In this document: positions 50,045 through 59,306 of the stretch, piece after piece
How positions within the stretch are numbered: position 1 is the stretch's first letter
Layout: the number at the start of each line of letters is the position of its first letter
Origin: Clostridia bacterium
Lineage (GTDB): Bacteria; Bacillota; Clostridia; JAAYHZ01
Direction of reading: 5' to 3'
Assembly (NCBI GenBank): GCA_050950825.1
Contig: JBMNIH010000006.1
Coordinates: forward strand, 274,144 to 338,143
Length of the DNA stretch: 64,000 nt
The notes under the pieces: model-generated
Told to the model about the DNA's origin: nothing
Database searches by the model: none
The model's input: the letters and a program-made list of their open reading frames with translations, nothing else
Translations under genes and position numbers: made by a program

Positions 50045-50827
50045 TTACCTTCCGAAAAAGCTTTTTCCTAAAAAGCTTTCGGCGTTTTCAAACAAAATCT
50101 TTTTCTTTTCGGCTTCCGTAAGCTGCGCTTTTTCCACAAGGAGCAAAGTGCTCTTTAAGCAGAACAAAGGATACATGGACCCGTAAGCCAATTTGTCCGT
50201 TCCGATTTTTTCCACCACGGCTTCAACGGAAAACAGCCCGTCCTTCAAACCGGAGGTATCGAACAGCACCTTGTCCGATTCGTTTATGACGGGAGCCAAG
50301 GCTTGGATTTCATTTAATCTTGCCGTTAACAGAACGAACCTGTTGTTCGGGTACTTTTCAAGCAATGCTTGGATATCTTTAGCCCCGAACTGCTTTTGCA
50401 GCACCAGATAATCGGCTCTGTAATCTTCCATACGAAGCTGTACGAATACGGGGATATCCTTTTCTTCGCAAAAGCGGAACAAAGGCTCCAATTCCGGTGC
50501 ATCAAAGTCGTATTGGTGATAGCAAGGGTAAATCTTAACCCCTTTTGTTCCTAACGATTCGGCACCTTTTATGACGTCGTCCACCGTAAAGGATAAAATG
50601 GGATTTACCGATTGGATATGGACATACCCCGGCATATCCTTTAAAATTTCGGCCAAGTCCTCGTCCCCTTCATAGGGGTCGTTGTAAAAAACGCTATCCA
50701 AAGAAGAAATGCATCCTCCGGTTATTCGGTTGATCCGGTGTGTGTTTAGCAAATCTTCCGTATTGCTGTGTCTCAGTTTTCGAAAAGGCCACCGGCCTAG
50801 CATACAATTCAAATCAAGAGCGCTCAT
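50045..50827 (-). CDS. Amidohydrolase-2 family protein with degenerate metal site
   Basis: LDLNC replaces DxHxH; GVKIYP, FDTSG, AYGSMYP; ATG 50827 overlaps the upstream stop. Confidence 0.78.
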   Translation of the reverse strand: MSALDLNCMLGRWPFRKLRHSNTEDLLNTHRINRITGGCISSLDSVFYNDPYEGDEDLAEILKDMPGYVHIQSVNPILSFTVDDVIKGAESLGTKGVKIYPCYHQYDFDAPELEPLFRFCEEKDIPVFVQLRMEDYRADYLVLQKQFGAKDIQALLEKYPNNRFVLLTARLNEIQALAPVINESDKVLFDTSGLKDGLFSVEAVVEKIGTDKLAYGSMYPLFCLKSTLLLVEKAQLTEAEKKKILFENAESFLGKSFFGR

Positions 50828-51573
50828 CGGATTACCTCCTTGTAAAAGAGTCGGGCGGTATTTTTCCACATAATCATTTCTTTTTCTTCATCGGAAATTT
50901 GGGCTTCCATGACCTGTCCTTCGTTAACCAAATAGGAGCCCGGCATGTCGGTTCCGAAAACGATGCGTTCCGCACCTACCCATTTGACGGTGTATTCGAT
51001 GTCGTCGGCGCGGAAAACGGAACCGGAAAAGTCAATGTAGACGTTCTTGCAGTCGACGACGGGCTTTACTCCCGAGTAGCAGTTCCCTGCTATATGGGCC
51101 ATAATAAAATTGGCTTCCGGGTACCGTCGGGCAATGTTGGCTACGTTTTCCGCCGTGGATTCGTATCTCAACTGACCGATGGTTTTCCGCCATGCATGGA
51201 GCAAAATGGGAATGTCGTACTCGATACACTTCTCAAAGAAGGGATAATTCAAAGGATCGTCGCATTTTGTTGCGATCCAAAGCTTCATACCGATCATACC
51301 GCCGTCTTCCACACACCTTCTTAAGGTATTCATGCAGGCCTCGTGCCTCGGATTCACGGTACAATAGCCTTCCACCAAATCCGGATACCGCTTCATGTAT
51401 TTCAGCGTGTAGTCATTGATCTCGTCGATGGCATCCGGTTCGGGAAGCTCCCCGGCCAAACCGGATATGAAAATTTTATCCACACCGTAAAGCTCGCAAG
51501 CCTTCGCCATGGCTTCCATATCCTTTTCTTCTCTTCCTTTCCATACGTGAACGTGCATATCGTATCTTTTCAT
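50824..51573 (-). CDS. Amidohydrolase-2 family protein
   Basis: YDMHVH, GMKL, LLH, MAHIAG, FGTDMP; start ATG 51573 behind GGAGG. Confidence 0.85.
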   Translation of the reverse strand: MKRYDMHVHVWKGREEKDMEAMAKACELYGVDKIFISGLAGELPEPDAIDEINDYTLKYMKRYPDLVEGYCTVNPRHEACMNTLRRCVEDGGMIGMKLWIATKCDDPLNYPFFEKCIEYDIPILLHAWRKTIGQLRYESTAENVANIARRYPEANFIMAHIAGNCYSGVKPVVDCKNVYIDFSGSVFRADDIEYTVKWVGAERIVFGTDMPGSYLVNEGQVMEAQISDEEKEMIMWKNTARLFYKEVIR

Positions 51574-51595
51574 ATTGCACTTACCTCCGCTTCTT

Positions 51596-52828
51596 TTACA
51601 GCGTTGCCGCCACCTCGGCGACGGCTTTATCCATCCGTTCGATGGTTTCATCAATGTCTTTGTCTTTATGTGAGTAGTTTACATAAGATACGGAATACAT
51701 GGATACGCCGTATTTGTATCCCGCTCTTAAGATTCTTGCAGTCAAGTCCTTCGGAGCTCCTTCTTGGTTTACAAAAGAAGGACAAGGCCAAAATCCCTTC
51801 ACGACGGAAGGCACTCGATAGCTTTCAAGCAGCTTATTGACGGATGTCCACAGCTTCTCCCCTGCCTTCCACAAGTAATCCGTTACCTTTTCTTTGCGGT
51901 AAAACTCGACAACGGCTTTGCATGCGGCTAACGATAAGGCATCGCCTCCGTAGGTGGAAGATACGACAGCTCCTTGAGAAAGCAAATCCATAATTTCCGC
52001 TTTCCCGCAGAATACGGATAAAGGCATTCCGTTGGCGATTCCTTTTGCAAATACGGATAAGTCCGGGACGACGTTGAAATATTCTTGAACTCCGGCGGTG
52101 GCAACGCGGAATCCGGTGACAATTTCATCGTAGATCAAGAGCGCACCGTTTTTCTTCGTTATTTCTCGCAAGAAAGGATAGAATGTTGCTCCGATTTCCA
52201 TGTTGGCATATCCTGCCGCTACGATAACGGCGGCAATTTTTCCTTCATAAGCGGAAAACAGCTTTTCGATGGTGGCCGTATCACCCCAACCTACCGCATG
52301 AAACAACTCGCTTACAGGAAGAGGAATTCCTTTCGGGGCTCCTTGGGCTTCTTCTCTCGGATTCAACCTTGCTCCGGCGGCGACGGTGTTCAGCCAACCG
52401 TTGTATCCGATTTGGATGATATGGTCTCTTCCGGTGTACGCTCTGGCCAGCTTAATGCAAGCGGCGCAGGATTCTCCTCCCGTCTTTAAGAAACGTACTT
52501 TTTCAGCGCTTGGAATCACTTCACAAAGAAGCTCCGCTACCTCCGCTTCCAAATAGGAGGGGTGCCCGAACACAATCCCCTTTTTCAATTGCTCCGTCAC
52601 GGCTTCCGTTACCGTAGGATGACCGTATCCTAACGAAACCGGACCGAGGCCGTTTCGATAGTCAATATATTCTTTGCCGTCCGCATCCCATACCCTGCAT
52701 CCTTCGCCTCTTACGATGACGGTCGGTTCTTCCGGAAGCAAATACGCTCTTTTAGAACCGGTACTGGAGCCGCCGGCAACGTATTTTTCCAATTTATCAT
52801 ACCATTGGGCATTGCTGAGATTTTGCAT
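51596..52828 (-). CDS. Class III PLP aminotransferase (GSA-aminomutase-like)
   Basis: GEGCRVWDADGKEYIDY, DEIVTGFR, FAKGIANGMP, SSTYGG. Confidence 0.9.
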   Translation of the reverse strand: MQNLSNAQWYDKLEKYVAGGSSTGSKRAYLLPEEPTVIVRGEGCRVWDADGKEYIDYRNGLGPVSLGYGHPTVTEAVTEQLKKGIVFGHPSYLEAEVAELLCEVIPSAEKVRFLKTGGESCAACIKLARAYTGRDHIIQIGYNGWLNTVAAGARLNPREEAQGAPKGIPLPVSELFHAVGWGDTATIEKLFSAYEGKIAAVIVAAGYANMEIGATFYPFLREITKKNGALLIYDEIVTGFRVATAGVQEYFNVVPDLSVFAKGIANGMPLSVFCGKAEIMDLLSQGAVVSSTYGGDALSLAACKAVVEFYRKEKVTDYLWKAGEKLWTSVNKLLESYRVPSVVKGFWPCPSFVNQEGAPKDLTARILRAGYKYGVSMYSVSYVNYSHKDKDIDETIERMDKAVAEVAATL

Positions 52829-52850
52829 CTTTTCATTCCTCCGTATAAAA

Positions 52851-53474
52851 TCATTCGGTACAAATGTATTTTAAAAGCATATCGGTAACAATGTTGATTC
52901 TTTTTTGGATATTCTCTTTATCGAACAAATCGAATTCCAGCAGCTTCGACAGCGTATAGCGGTTGGAGAAATAGGAAAAAGTGAAGGTCAAAAGAGACAA
53001 AATCACCTGACGAGTATCGATCTCTTTTTTGAATTCGCCGGTTTGCTTGCCTTTTTCCATAATGTCCTCAAAGATATGAAAGACGGAATATTTCGTCTCG
53101 GTAAAATCAATCTGTTCTATGTATTTTCCTTCGTTTAAATTTTCCCACAAGATCAGCTTGACATAAGAAGGGTTGTTTTCAAGGAATTCAAAGTACAGAC
53201 GGATGATCTTTTGTATGGATTCTCTTGCCGGCATGGTTTTCCAACCGATTTGAAGCTCCTCGGCGGTAAGGCGGCCGTAAACCGTTTCCAAGGTATTGAC
53301 ATACAGCTGTTCTTTGTTGCCGTAATATTGATAAATCATCCTTTTGTTGGTTTTGGCCTTGTTGGCGATGGCGTCAATTCTTGCACCGTAAAGGCCTTTT
53401 TCTGAAAATTCCGCCTCGGCAGCGGCTAAAATTCGACTTTTGGTTGCGTCTGCATCTCTTTTCGGTTTCATCAT
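52851..53474 (-). CDS. TetR family regulator (RutR/NicS-like)
   Basis: RILAAAEAEFSEKGLYGARIDAIA..NKRMIYQYYGNKEQLY; WENL motif. Confidence 0.88.
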   Translation of the reverse strand: MMKPKRDADATKSRILAAAEAEFSEKGLYGARIDAIANKAKTNKRMIYQYYGNKEQLYVNTLETVYGRLTAEELQIGWKTMPARESIQKIIRLYFEFLENNPSYVKLILWENLNEGKYIEQIDFTETKYSVFHIFEDIMEKGKQTGEFKKEIDTRQVILSLLTFTFSYFSNRYTLSKLLEFDLFDKENIQKRINIVTDMLLKYICTE

Positions 53475-53694
53475 ATCGGTGACAGGAACCCTCCTAACAT
53501 TCGTTACGAGGATGAACGTCTCAACTCCTTTTCGTATTTGGCGGATTTGGTATTTCCAAAGAATTTTCCGGTAAATCCGCCTGACCGGTGAATTTTACAT
53601 GATGACAAAATACGCCTTTGCTACGGCTCAACTCATTATAGCATATCTTGAGAAAAGGTTGTATAAAGTTTTTGATTCCGCCGTTTTAAGGAAT

Positions 53695-53725
53695 AAAAAA
53701 GAAGCGGCGAATTTGCCGCATTCTT
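53695..53725 (-). terminator. Intrinsic terminator after the QueG-like pair
   Basis: Minus strand AAGAATGCGGC-AAATTC-GCCGCTTCTT-TTTT. Confidence 0.75.
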
Positions 53726-53764
53726 ATCATGTATAACAGGTCGGATTAGGGAACCGTTTCCCGG

Positions 53765-54874
53765 TTACCCCTGTTCATTCTTTCGAATGCCGGGATACTT
53801 TTTATCCAACCATTGATTACGGAACGGATTATTTCCTTTTTCAATTTTCTTCGGTTTGTTCTTAAGCTTCCACGGCTTTTTTCGATAAAAAGCATTGTGA
53901 AACTTGTTTTCAATCTTGTTGCTTTTTTCAAGGCTGTTCATACAGGCTCGAATACAACCCTTTGCCCCGCATACGGCAAAGTAACCTACGTGCTTTAAAA
54001 CATAATCGTAAAACTCGATAACGGAACGGTTATCATTGTCATTATACGTAGTGCTCCATTGCGCCTGTGCCAACGGATAACAAAGGCGATAGGCTTCTTC
54101 CTCGCTCATTTGTGAATTGCGAACGTCAAACGCCATGTTCGGGAAGGCCTTTTTCAAAAACGGAGATATTTCATTATTCATTCCATGGTGCGTAAGAGTA
54201 CAACGTCCCATATGTACATCGGCATAATATACCTGCTTTTCACCGTAATCAATGACCACTCGGTTTTCCTTGTCCTTAACGGATGGGATGGCATTACCCG
54301 GACATTGGTGAGCGCAAGCTCCGCAATGTATACATATGGTCCCCGTATCCAAAATGGGGTCCGGTTCCAATTCCGCATCGGTAAAGATTAAGCTCAGCCT
54401 CAATCGAGGGCCGAATTTTTTATTAAGAAACACCTTCGAATGACCGATTTCTCCTACACCTGTTCCCGCGGCAACCAACCGTATACTTGTGACAATATTC
54501 GGCGGCAGTTTTCCGGGAGCAACCGGATCTCTTACCGGGTTGCGTTCCGGTACGGCAGGGTAATGCGGTACCGCTTCCCAGCCGAAGTCTTCTATAAATC
54601 GGCTCAGCTCATAGGTTACACTCGGCAGAATAACGGTATTTAATCGATTGTACGCATAAAAGGTGTAGTTGTGCCAATGGGTTCCTTCTTCGATCCCTCT
54701 ATAGGAGCCCCTTGGAATGCGCATGACAATTGCGATGACCGACTTGGCTGCCGGAAAATAGTTTTTAACGGACATTAAAGGAGGTGCATTATCAAACCTT
54801 TCGATATTACCGATGCCGATATCGTCAATACCCAATTCCTTCGCTCTGTCTTTGATCATTTGAGAGGTCAGCAT
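53765..54874 (-). CDS. QueG/reductive-dehalogenase-like Fe-S protein, copy 2
   Basis: FPAAKSVIAI, GVGEIG..FGPRLRL..TDAELEPDP, CIHCGACAHQCPGNAI, distal CGAKGCIRAC. Confidence 0.72.
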   Translation of the reverse strand: MLTSQMIKDRAKELGIDDIGIGNIERFDNAPPLMSVKNYFPAAKSVIAIVMRIPRGSYRGIEEGTHWHNYTFYAYNRLNTVILPSVTYELSRFIEDFGWEAVPHYPAVPERNPVRDPVAPGKLPPNIVTSIRLVAAGTGVGEIGHSKVFLNKKFGPRLRLSLIFTDAELEPDPILDTGTICIHCGACAHQCPGNAIPSVKDKENRVVIDYGEKQVYYADVHMGRCTLTHHGMNNEISPFLKKAFPNMAFDVRNSQMSEEEAYRLCYPLAQAQWSTTYNDNDNRSVIEFYDYVLKHVGYFAVCGAKGCIRACMNSLEKSNKIENKFHNAFYRKKPWKLKNKPKKIEKGNNPFRNQWLDKKYPGIRKNEQG

Positions 54875-54879
54875 GCTTT

Positions 54880-55755
54880 TTACACCTCCGCATCATCGAC
54901 ATACTTGCCTTCCGCATCCAATGCCCACGGTCGACCTTGTCTGAACCGGTTGCTAAAAACATTGTTAACGAGGCCGGCTTGCTCCAGATGCTCCATACAG
55001 GTGCGATTGCAAAGAGCGGCTACTCTGTCAGGCTTGCCGGAAGAAATAAAGCGGTTGGGAACGGCTCCGTTTTTGCATTTGGCGCACAAAGAGTAATCAA
55101 TGCGGGCAACCTTCATGTTTTTTTCGCAAATCGTAACCGTTTTGTATTCCGTTTTGGATATGGCATGAAGAGGACATGCATCCGCGCATTTTCCGCATAA
55201 ATCGCATATGCTTTTATCCAAAACAGGTGTAGGTTCTATGACCGCATCCGTAATGATCATATGGAATCTTTGGCGAGAACCGAAATCGGGCGTCAATAGA
55301 ATCCCGTTATAGGATATTTCGGCCACGCCGCATGCAACGGAGGCATAATCAAAATCCGGATGCACATTGGGGGCGGGTCTTCCTTCCGCCACCGGAATCC
55401 CCTGCGGACGCACTTCGGTAGGGTTCGGGAAAATAGGTACGGCCTCCCATCCGTTATCCTCGATCAGTCGTGTCATATCGTAACAGGCCGTAGTCAGGAA
55501 AATGTCCTCCAACCAATTGCGCCCGTAGAGAACATAGTCTTCAAAATTCGAGCCTTCTTCAATACCTCTTAGAGAACCGCGACAAATCCTTTTTCCTAAA
55601 AGAATAACCGTTTCGGCCTCCGGGAAAATGGAAAACGGATTGTGTTCTTTTTCAAGGGCTTCGAACCGGGACTTCGGTGCAAACCCCAATACATCGATTC
55701 CCCTTTCTTTTGCGAAGTCCGTCAGCTTTTGCTTTAAGATATCCATACACAACAC
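54880..55755 (-). CDS. QueG/reductive-dehalogenase-like Fe-S protein, copy 1
   Basis: GIDVLGFA, FPEAETVI, GVAEISYNGILLTPDFGSRQRF..TDA, CDLCGKCADACP, CAKC..LCNRTC. Confidence 0.72.
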   Translation of the reverse strand: MLCMDILKQKLTDFAKERGIDVLGFAPKSRFEALEKEHNPFSIFPEAETVILLGKRICRGSLRGIEEGSNFEDYVLYGRNWLEDIFLTTACYDMTRLIEDNGWEAVPIFPNPTEVRPQGIPVAEGRPAPNVHPDFDYASVACGVAEISYNGILLTPDFGSRQRFHMIITDAVIEPTPVLDKSICDLCGKCADACPLHAISKTEYKTVTICEKNMKVARIDYSLCAKCKNGAVPNRFISSGKPDRVAALCNRTCMEHLEQAGLVNNVFSNRFRQGRPWALDAEGKYVDDAEV

Positions 55756-55945
55756 CCTCTTGTTATTTCATTTAGTGATATACTGTCATAATTTCATTAA
55801 TACACAAAAATTAACATTCCGCAATTAATAAATCGAAACGGTACTTTCACTTTTCGATACTATGTATTTACAACCTTGTATAGTATAATAAAGGTGGAAA
55901 GCGATCTGTAAAGGATAGGGTTATGTCAGAGAGGCGGTAATTTCA

Positions 55946-56734
55946 TTGAATTTAGATACCATTATCGTGAACTCCTTGGTTGTTATCAAAACAAGTATAA
56001 ATAGCAGAGTGTATAAAGTGGATCCGCGCAATTATCACAGCTTATCTTATCGAATCCACGGGCTGAATGTCCTTTACGACGGAGAGAAGGAAATTACATC
56101 CCATACCGGTACGCTTACCTTTGTACCGGCGGGAAAGCCGTACATTCATAATGTCATGACTCCCTCGCAACAGATTGTCGCTCATTTTACAACGAAAGAA
56201 GCCATCGGTGATTCCATCGAAAACTTCATTCTGCCTCCTCGCTGCAACATTGAAGGCTTGTTTTACTCCCTGTATAACCGGTGGGAAATCGAGCAAAGAG
56301 AAAACAATCTTCCGTGCATGTCCATTTTCTATAACATCCTTGCGTTAATTGCGAAAAATACCAAGGGAGAAATCACCGGAAAAAGAGACGGCTTCATTCG
56401 TGACTCGGTAGCATATATGCACGAGCACTTTAAAGAAAGCGACTTTAATATCAACAAGCTATATGAACGTATGTATATCAGCCCCGCCTATTACCGAAGA
56501 AAATTCAAAGAAATCTACCGGTGTTCACCCGTGGAATATTTAAAAAATCTTCGAATAAATTATGCCAAGCAGCTGTTGGAGATCGGGTATTATACAATTT
56601 CCGAGATTGCAGAGTTATCGGGTTTTTCAACTCCCGCTTATTTTAGCTATGAGTTTAAAAGAATAACGGGCTATACGCCGATGCAATACCGGTGTCCGAA
56701 CCCCGGTGCTTCTTTACCTTCCGATAAACGCTAA
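55946..56734 (+). CDS. AraC family regulator
   Basis: C-terminal ISEIAELSGFSTPAYFSYEFKRITGYTP; divergent from the QueG-like pair; TTG start behind GAGGCGG. Confidence 0.9.
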   Translation: MNLDTIIVNSLVVIKTSINSRVYKVDPRNYHSLSYRIHGLNVLYDGEKEITSHTGTLTFVPAGKPYIHNVMTPSQQIVAHFTTKEAIGDSIENFILPPRCNIEGLFYSLYNRWEIEQRENNLPCMSIFYNILALIAKNTKGEITGKRDGFIRDSVAYMHEHFKESDFNINKLYERMYISPAYYRRKFKEIYRCSPVEYLKNLRINYAKQLLEIGYYTISEIAELSGFSTPAYFSYEFKRITGYTPMQYRCPNPGASLPSDKR

Positions 56735-56753
56735 TAATGATTGAAAATCGGAT

Positions 56754-56787
56754 AAAAAAAGGGAGCGGCAAATTTACCGCACCCCTT
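56754..56787 (-). terminator. Terminator between convergent AraC and beta-helix genes
   Basis: Minus strand GGGTGCGGTA-AATT-TGCCGCTCCC-TTTTTTT. Confidence 0.75.
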
Positions 56788-56800
56788 GTGCTCATAGCAT

Positions 56801-59293
56801 CTATTTTACAACGGTCGCATTTTCTCCTTTGATATTAAACAAGTTGTTGTAAACATGAATATACTTTTGCCGTTCTCCGGATCCGTACAAGGGTCCCTTC
56901 TGCCAGAATCCCAAAGCATTGTAAAGCGCATTGTTGTAAAATTCTTGAGTGTCCGTTGGCGTTCCTCTTAAGTAATAGGGGTACTCGTTGGACAAGAACA
57001 AATTGTTGAACATAATCACATATTCTCCCGCTATATCGGTACCGTCTCCTCGGTCACTTCCTCCGTGCATGTCAAAGCAGTGGCTCAACGAAATACCCAT
57101 TTGAACGTTGTTGCTTGCATAGTATCCTGATTTCGGTCTTCCGGTTCCCGCAATATCGTGGCGATTGGCATTCATTAAATTGTATTCGATAACGGCGGTG
57201 CTGACATCCAAGCATATCCCGTAGCCTAACCCCTGCCGCTGGTTGTGATGGAAGAAGTTGTGGTGAAAATGATGGTTGTTTCCCTGCCGAATGAATATGG
57301 CGGCATGGCTGAACCCGGAAAACTCGCAGTTGTCTACGGTCAAGTTGTCCTTGTCGGTAAGAATGCAGTCCAAGGCCGGCAGTCGATAATAAACGTCTCT
57401 GCCTAATGCTTCCGAGCCGATCAAGGTTCGAGAATGAAACTCGATTCGTCTTTCCGGGTCGGCTCCTTTAAAGGTAATACCCGTAAATCGAACATCCTTT
57501 CCTGTTTGGAACAGGGGCGTAACAAAAGAGTCGCTGAATACCAACGCTCCTGTGGACCCGTTGTTTCCCCTGTCGCTGGCAATGGTGATGCCGTCATTGA
57601 CCTTAATCGTTTCTTTTATGGCCGTCAAGTCGATAACCGCATCTCCTTTGATAAATATGACTTCTCCGCTTTTGGCTATTGCCAATGCCTCGAGGAGTTG
57701 ATCTTTCGTTTCGACAACGTAGTCGCCCGTCGTGAAGATCTCCTCGTAACCGTAGCCGCCTCCTAAAGGATTGTTCCCCTTCGGTACCGCTCCGTAGATT
57801 TCGCCGTTCACTTCAAAATACGTACGGCCGATGAATTCATAATAACGGTCGTAGCATTCGATTTCCATAAGAGCTTTTTCCACTTCTTGCTTCACCGTTT
57901 CCAAATCCGTTTTTTCCTCTTCGATCAAAATATCCTGCAGATTCTTTAAATAGGCTTGAGAAACCTCCAAATCGCCGTAAAAAACGCGATTCGTTACTCC
58001 GGTCCGATTCATTTCCACGGAATAGGTGAAGGGAAGCTTTTGTTCTTTCACTCCCGCCTTTTTCAGCAAAGAGAACTCGTTACCGGTATAGAACTCTTTG
58101 TACTCGTTCTTCTCGCCGTATAGCTTCTTTTTATCGTACTGACCTTCGCTTTTGGCAAAGTAATTATCTTTGATTTCCAGCTTGGTTTTCGGAAGACCTA
58201 GGATATTGAAAGGATTTTGTTCCGTCATATACGTGTTGTTTTGAATGATCAAAGTCTCTCCCGTCCGGAGGCTTCCGTTGCTCGATAAGGAGCCCATCAT
58301 TACGCAGGCTTCGTAATTCTCGCCCATTTCCACGTTGTTTACAATTTCAAGACTGCAGCGGTCTCCCCCGTCACCGTAAATCGATATGTTGTTTCGGTTA
58401 AACAGGTTGTTTTCGATTCTAACCTTTGCATTGATAACACGGATGCCGTATCCCTTACCGATATTACGGTTATGGTGGATATAGTTATTGGCTACCAAGT
58501 GGTTTTCTCCGTTTTTCAATTCGATGGCCGCTTCACCGAAGCCGGATATTTCGCAGTTATCGATGGTGACAAAGGATCCGTCGCTGAAAATGCCGACGCC
58601 CGCCTTCATGTCCTCTAAATCTCTTCTCTTGGAATCCGGGCCTTGTATCACCAGCCCCGTAATGCGTACGTTGCTTCCTGCGTCAATCATGGGGCGATCC
58701 ACGATGGCGTTCGTGTAAATCACGCCCCCCTCCGAGCCGTCTTTACCTCTGTCGGAGGCCAACGTTACACCGTCCTTCAAGCGGATGGTATAGTTTTGGG
58801 CGATCATGTAGTCCGTAAGATCGATTTTTGCATCCTTATGAACAAAAATCACATCCCCTTCCTTCGCACTGTTCACCGCTTTGACGAGCTGCGCAGCGGT
58901 TCTTACGGAATATTTTCCGGTCCGTTTAATATCTTTATATCCTTTTCCACCGCCGATGGGATTTCCCTCTTCAAATAAGGCTCCCGCATTACCCGCCATA
59001 GCGGCGGGTAATATTTCATGATAGGAACCGATTTCTTCCAAATCCCTTTTGATAAGCTCGATGATTTCTACAATTTCTTGATTGGTCATACGGCCTTTCT
59101 TCAGCTCAAACAAAAAGGCTTCCAGGTTTTTATGGTATTCGTAAGGGTCTTGATGAAGGCTCCTTGTGGCGATACCGTCTTGTTCGATTACCATATCCGT
59201 CCGAGGCGAGCCGGACAAGATTATAATCAGGCTCACCGCCAAAACCAAAAATACTGCACCGATAATCAGGATCCCTCGTCTTTTTTTCAACAT
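56801..59293 (-). CDS. Exported protein with two parallel beta-helix modules, paralog 3
   Basis: N-terminal signal/anchor helix; two copies of P.GGG.GY..ASDRG..GS.G..DNCE.SGF..HHN. Confidence 0.7.
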   Translation of the reverse strand: MLKKRRGILIIGAVFLVLAVSLIIILSGSPRTDMVIEQDGIATRSLHQDPYEYHKNLEAFLFELKKGRMTNQEIVEIIELIKRDLEEIGSYHEILPAAMAGNAGALFEEGNPIGGGKGYKDIKRTGKYSVRTAAQLVKAVNSAKEGDVIFVHKDAKIDLTDYMIAQNYTIRLKDGVTLASDRGKDGSEGGVIYTNAIVDRPMIDAGSNVRITGLVIQGPDSKRRDLEDMKAGVGIFSDGSFVTIDNCEISGFGEAAIELKNGENHLVANNYIHHNRNIGKGYGIRVINAKVRIENNLFNRNNISIYGDGGDRCSLEIVNNVEMGENYEACVMMGSLSSNGSLRTGETLIIQNNTYMTEQNPFNILGLPKTKLEIKDNYFAKSEGQYDKKKLYGEKNEYKEFYTGNEFSLLKKAGVKEQKLPFTYSVEMNRTGVTNRVFYGDLEVSQAYLKNLQDILIEEEKTDLETVKQEVEKALMEIECYDRYYEFIGRTYFEVNGEIYGAVPKGNNPLGGGYGYEEIFTTGDYVVETKDQLLEALAIAKSGEVIFIKGDAVIDLTAIKETIKVNDGITIASDRGNNGSTGALVFSDSFVTPLFQTGKDVRFTGITFKGADPERRIEFHSRTLIGSEALGRDVYYRLPALDCILTDKDNLTVDNCEFSGFSHAAIFIRQGNNHHFHHNFFHHNQRQGLGYGICLDVSTAVIEYNLMNANRHDIAGTGRPKSGYYASNNVQMGISLSHCFDMHGGSDRGDGTDIAGEYVIMFNNLFLSNEYPYYLRGTPTDTQEFYNNALYNALGFWQKGPLYGSGERQKYIHVYNNLFNIKGENATVVK

Positions 59294-59306
59294 ATATCCC
59301 TCCTTC

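Noticed and set aside
51596-52828. Calling the aminotransferase hemL
   Set aside because: No tetrapyrrole genes nearby; lacks the PGGVNSP and SGTEA signatures (has AGGSSTG, TGGES)
53765-55755. Calling the pair queG or a respiratory rdhA
   Set aside because: Second Fe-S motif is atypical; no Tat leader, RdhB anchor or que genes; only fold-level similarity is supportable
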